DNA of 64,000 nucleotides. Source: Schmidtea nova. Taxonomy: Eukaryota. Position 1 is the stretch's first letter, and every line of letters starts with the position of its first letter. The notes below the pieces were generated by a model. That model ran no database searches. It was not told the DNA's origin and saw nothing but the letters and a program-made list of their open reading frames with translations. The stretch spans positions 239,072,001-239,136,000 of the forward strand of contig CM097883.1 of assembly GCA_044892505.1 (NCBI GenBank), given 5' to 3'. Below, piece after piece: positions 61,101-64,000 of this stretch. The position numbers were made by a program, and so were the translations under genes.

Positions 61101-62956
61101 GAAACTGCATTACTCAATATAGATGGAGCTATCTGTACAACCGCATCCATTGCCATTGTCTTAATGTTCGGAATAGCCTGTAGTGACTGTGATATAGACG
61201 CTGGAAGTCCAGTAACGAACGAACATCTAATAACGGCATCATTGAAGCAAGATAACTTACCCAGAGATGTTAGTTCAGCCAGTTAAACTTCGACAGGCTC
61301 GTTGCTCCATGATCGATTCTTCAATTTCTCAAAGGCAAGAAACATCGACATAGAGAAGGCTCTCTTCATTGCTGCTTCGGTCTTGATGAAACTTACTCTG
61401 ACTTCATCGCTGATATGTTGATACACCGCATATGCGTCTCCTTTCATCAGTATCGCTAAAACATCTCCAGGTTCTCAATCTTTTGCATTAGAGCTATCGT
61501 TCTTACTTGGGAGAACCATATCGTCACGTCACCCGTTCCATCAAATTTTTCAATATATTTAATAACTTCTATGAATTTAGCCGCGATAGCTTGTAGTCGA
61601 ACGCACAAGATGACTTTATTTATACATTCAAAAAATTGGCAATCACGTTTTTAACATTATTTAAACAAACATAATAATCAATTATCACAATGTCAAAGAT
61701 CTAATCAAATGGGCTTTGGTGTACATCCGGCCGTATTCATGAATTTAATTTTTTTGTTAAATCTAAGAATTTTATTGTCGATATAAATTTTTAGATTTAG
61801 ATTTACTGCATCTAAAATATAAGTTATTTTTATTATTTCTTTAATTGTTTCTACAAATCAAGCAATATCACAGGCGATTTTCCGTAAATTTATAAAAATT
61901 TATTCATTCTCCTTGACATGAATTATTTCTCTGGAAATGCATTTAGACCAGTAATGAAAAACCCTCTCAGGTCTTTTGTACAATTCGTAATGCTCATTTT
62001 TATTGCCAATCAGGCAGTGTTACATTGAATCATAACTGTCAAATGCTCACATATACAATTTTTATGCAGTATTCACATCACCATTTTTTTATAAATAAAT
62101 TAATGATACTCGTATACTAATCTTTATTACCTATCACTCACCTATTTATATCTGTAATCTGATATTATTATTTCAAAACTATTTTATGAATGTATTTTTT
62201 GTATGTTAAAAAAATTAAAATAAAAGTAACAGAAATTAAATGTAAAAATATTTTTGCAATACTAAATAAATTGTAACATAAAATGTAACATAAAATGTAT
62301 AAAAAATCATTGAAATTCTTTTACTGTTATTGAATTAATCAAAAATTTACTTTATAAGCAATGCCGGCATTATTAATAAGAACATCCAAACCACCATATT
62401 GCTTTAGCAAATAATCTTTGAGCTCTTTACGGCTCTTTTCACAGTCTATGTCTAGTTGATGAAATTTGACATGAATTCCTTTATCTTCTAGTTCACTGAC
62501 AGTCTTCATACCCAATTCAGGATTTCTTGCTATATTTTTCAGGACAGAAAATCAATACTTTGTGAATATTAAATAAACATATATTACCTGTTAAATATAT
62601 TACCCATTCATTAACATTTAAGGTTTTGAAAAGTGTTTCAACTATTCCTTTACCAATGCCTTTATTAGATCCTGTGACCTATTATATTATATAATATTAT
62701 ATTATATATACAAATTTCCTAAGCCAATTATATGCAACTATGCATCTTAACGCAGAACTAATATCGATGCTAATATATATTTATTGCCATAATTATCATA
62801 TTAATGAATATTAAGATATATAATTGTTAAATTTATAATATTATAATAAGGAAATAATACTTTTTTCAATAAATTTCTATTAAGATTTCAGAATTATGTG
62901 ACGGTTAATAAAAATAAAATTTAGCTTACCACAACAACTTTCATAGATGACGCCAT
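49358..62956 (-). CDS. CBR1: Carbonyl reductase [NADPH] (CBR1/CBR3-like SDR), complete 8-exon gene, 278 aa
   Basis: Exons 62956-62930, 62678-62588, 62529-62351, 50109-49997, 49939-49814, 49766-49628, 49576-49513, 49455-49358 total 837 nt in phase. Motifs: MASSMKVVV|VTGSNKGIG (Rossmann), LDVLINNAGIAYK, RLVNVSS, GWPKQAYGVSK (YxxxK), NCCCPGYVDTDM, EGADTPCYLATLP..GEFVSTRKVVKWE*. Confidence 0.95.
52126..52175. repeat. (TA)n microsatellite
   Basis: Read directly. Confidence 0.97.
52177..53136 (+). mobile_element. hAT-related (hATm-like) DNA transposon deletion derivative
   Basis: TIRs TAGGGTGGTCCTTA / TAAGGACCCCCCTA (13/14). Transposase C-terminal remnant FLTEDPASW..LAVTNNNAERGVALIQD. The subfamily assignment is from recall of TAGGG termini. 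Confidence 0.7.
54498..54595 (-). repeat. Gypsy 3' LTR (98 bp)
   Basis: TG..CA ends, AATAAA on the - strand, PPT adjacent. Confidence 0.95.
58045..58142 (-). repeat. Shared middle LTR (98 bp), chimeric
   Basis: G at 58065 as in the LTR at 61592, and a TTACA end as in the LTR at 54498. Confidence 0.95.
61592..61689 (-). repeat. Gypsy 5' LTR (98 bp)
   Basis: TG..CA ends with a TCACA variant on the + strand; TSD follows. Confidence 0.95.
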
Positions 62957-64000
62957 AATTCAATTTATAACAACAATAATACATTTTAAATATATGATAA
63001 TTGAATATTTTTTTCATTATAAAAAATTGGGGTTCTCCATTTACTTTCATTTTAAAGAAACTCAATAAAAATAGTATAAATTTTTCCAGGGCATTATAAG
63101 GTAGAAATAAATTCATATTATTGAAATAAATTAATGATGAAATTTCTGGGTTGTCAGCAGGTATTTGAACTTGAATTCTTATTGTTGGGCCAAAACTGCA
63201 AATTGTTTGAATGAAGTGATAACACTACAAGTAGAGAGCGCGCAAAATTCTACTTTAACCAAAAACATCAATTATAACCCAAGTAGTTGAGCAAAAACAC
63301 GCCCAAAATTTAAAGTGGACAAAATTGCATTAATAGGTAGAGAACGCGCAGGAGTCTAATTCAAAGTCCTTTAACCAAAATACCAAGTACAAATCAAAAG
63401 TGATTAAAAGAAGCACGACTAAATAGCTAGAATAGACAAAAAACACTTCGAAAACGCACGTAGAGAACGCATTCTTGATATAAAACTCTACCAGAATTTT
63501 CCTCAAGAATTTCCAAGAATAAAAATTTTCGAAATATTATAGAAGTGCTTAACTGCCAACCGGCAGAGCCGTGCAAGAAAATCCACGGATAATTCGCATA
63601 CAGTTTGGTATCCGAATTTGGATCTCTCATTAGAGGAAAGATTCCGAAGTGAAAATAAAAAAAGAAGTTGCATATTGCCAACTGAACCCTCAAAGAGAAA
63701 TTTGCAGTTACCATACCAAAACTTCACAACAGGCGAAACCCCAAAAAGTTTTTTTAGGAAAATTCGGACTAGTATATTAGGTATTTTATTTTTTGATTAT
63801 TATAATCGATATATAAATTTTTTTTGGGTTGTTGGTCATGCCCCACAACCCCTGTATTATCTAATTTTGGGGTTATTATGATTTCTATAGGTCTTTTTAT
63901 CATTTATGCCATGTGAGGATGTTGAGTTTAATTCAGGAAATTACATATTTGATATTTTATGCTAATTTATTTCTTTTTATTTCGATTATTTTAAAAATTT

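Larger units (their letters stand above)
54498..61689 (-). mobile_element. Tandem Ty3/Gypsy LTR retrotransposon, LTR-int-LTR-int-LTR, 3547-bp period, single 5-bp TSD
   Basis: Three 98-bp TG..CA LTRs and TSD ATGTC (54493-54497, 61690-61694). Each unit carries gag CCHC (CSFCGKKGHNEDTC), protease DSGCT, RT (LDLMKAYLQI, YIDD), RNase H (WCDASN) and integrase (LDVTHY..MDNG..ERNHRT) in Gypsy order. The PPT reads CACGGGGGAA. ORFs are broken identically in both units. Confidence 0.97.

Overview
AT-rich eukaryotic (animal-like) genomic scaffold with seven N gaps; no prokaryotic operons, rRNA, tRNA or CRISPR were seen. Two spliced host genes face each other tail-to-tail. (1) A + strand adhesion GPCR (EGF-like, GAIN/GPS, secretin-family 7TM) can be assembled exon by exon from about 16.9 to 44.4 kb and may extend 5' past the window start. 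(2) A complete 8-exon, 278-aa carbonyl reductase (CBR1-like SDR) lies on the - strand at 62956-49358, with one GC-AG intron and one 12.2-kb intron. Introns are either tiny (44-58 nt) or large and filled with TEs. The TEs include mariners, two Tigger/pogo elements, a Tc1/IS630-like element with 22-bp subterminal arrays, hAT and piggyBac-type MITEs, a Helitron 3' end, a Penelope element, and a tandem LTR-int-LTR-int-LTR Gypsy with 98-bp LTRs. Also present are minimal hammerhead ribozyme motifs, a dispersed family of long palindromes, an actin pseudogene and an orphan 180-aa ORF. All calls come from manual reading and motif recall; no database search was run. The host species cannot be fixed from this window.
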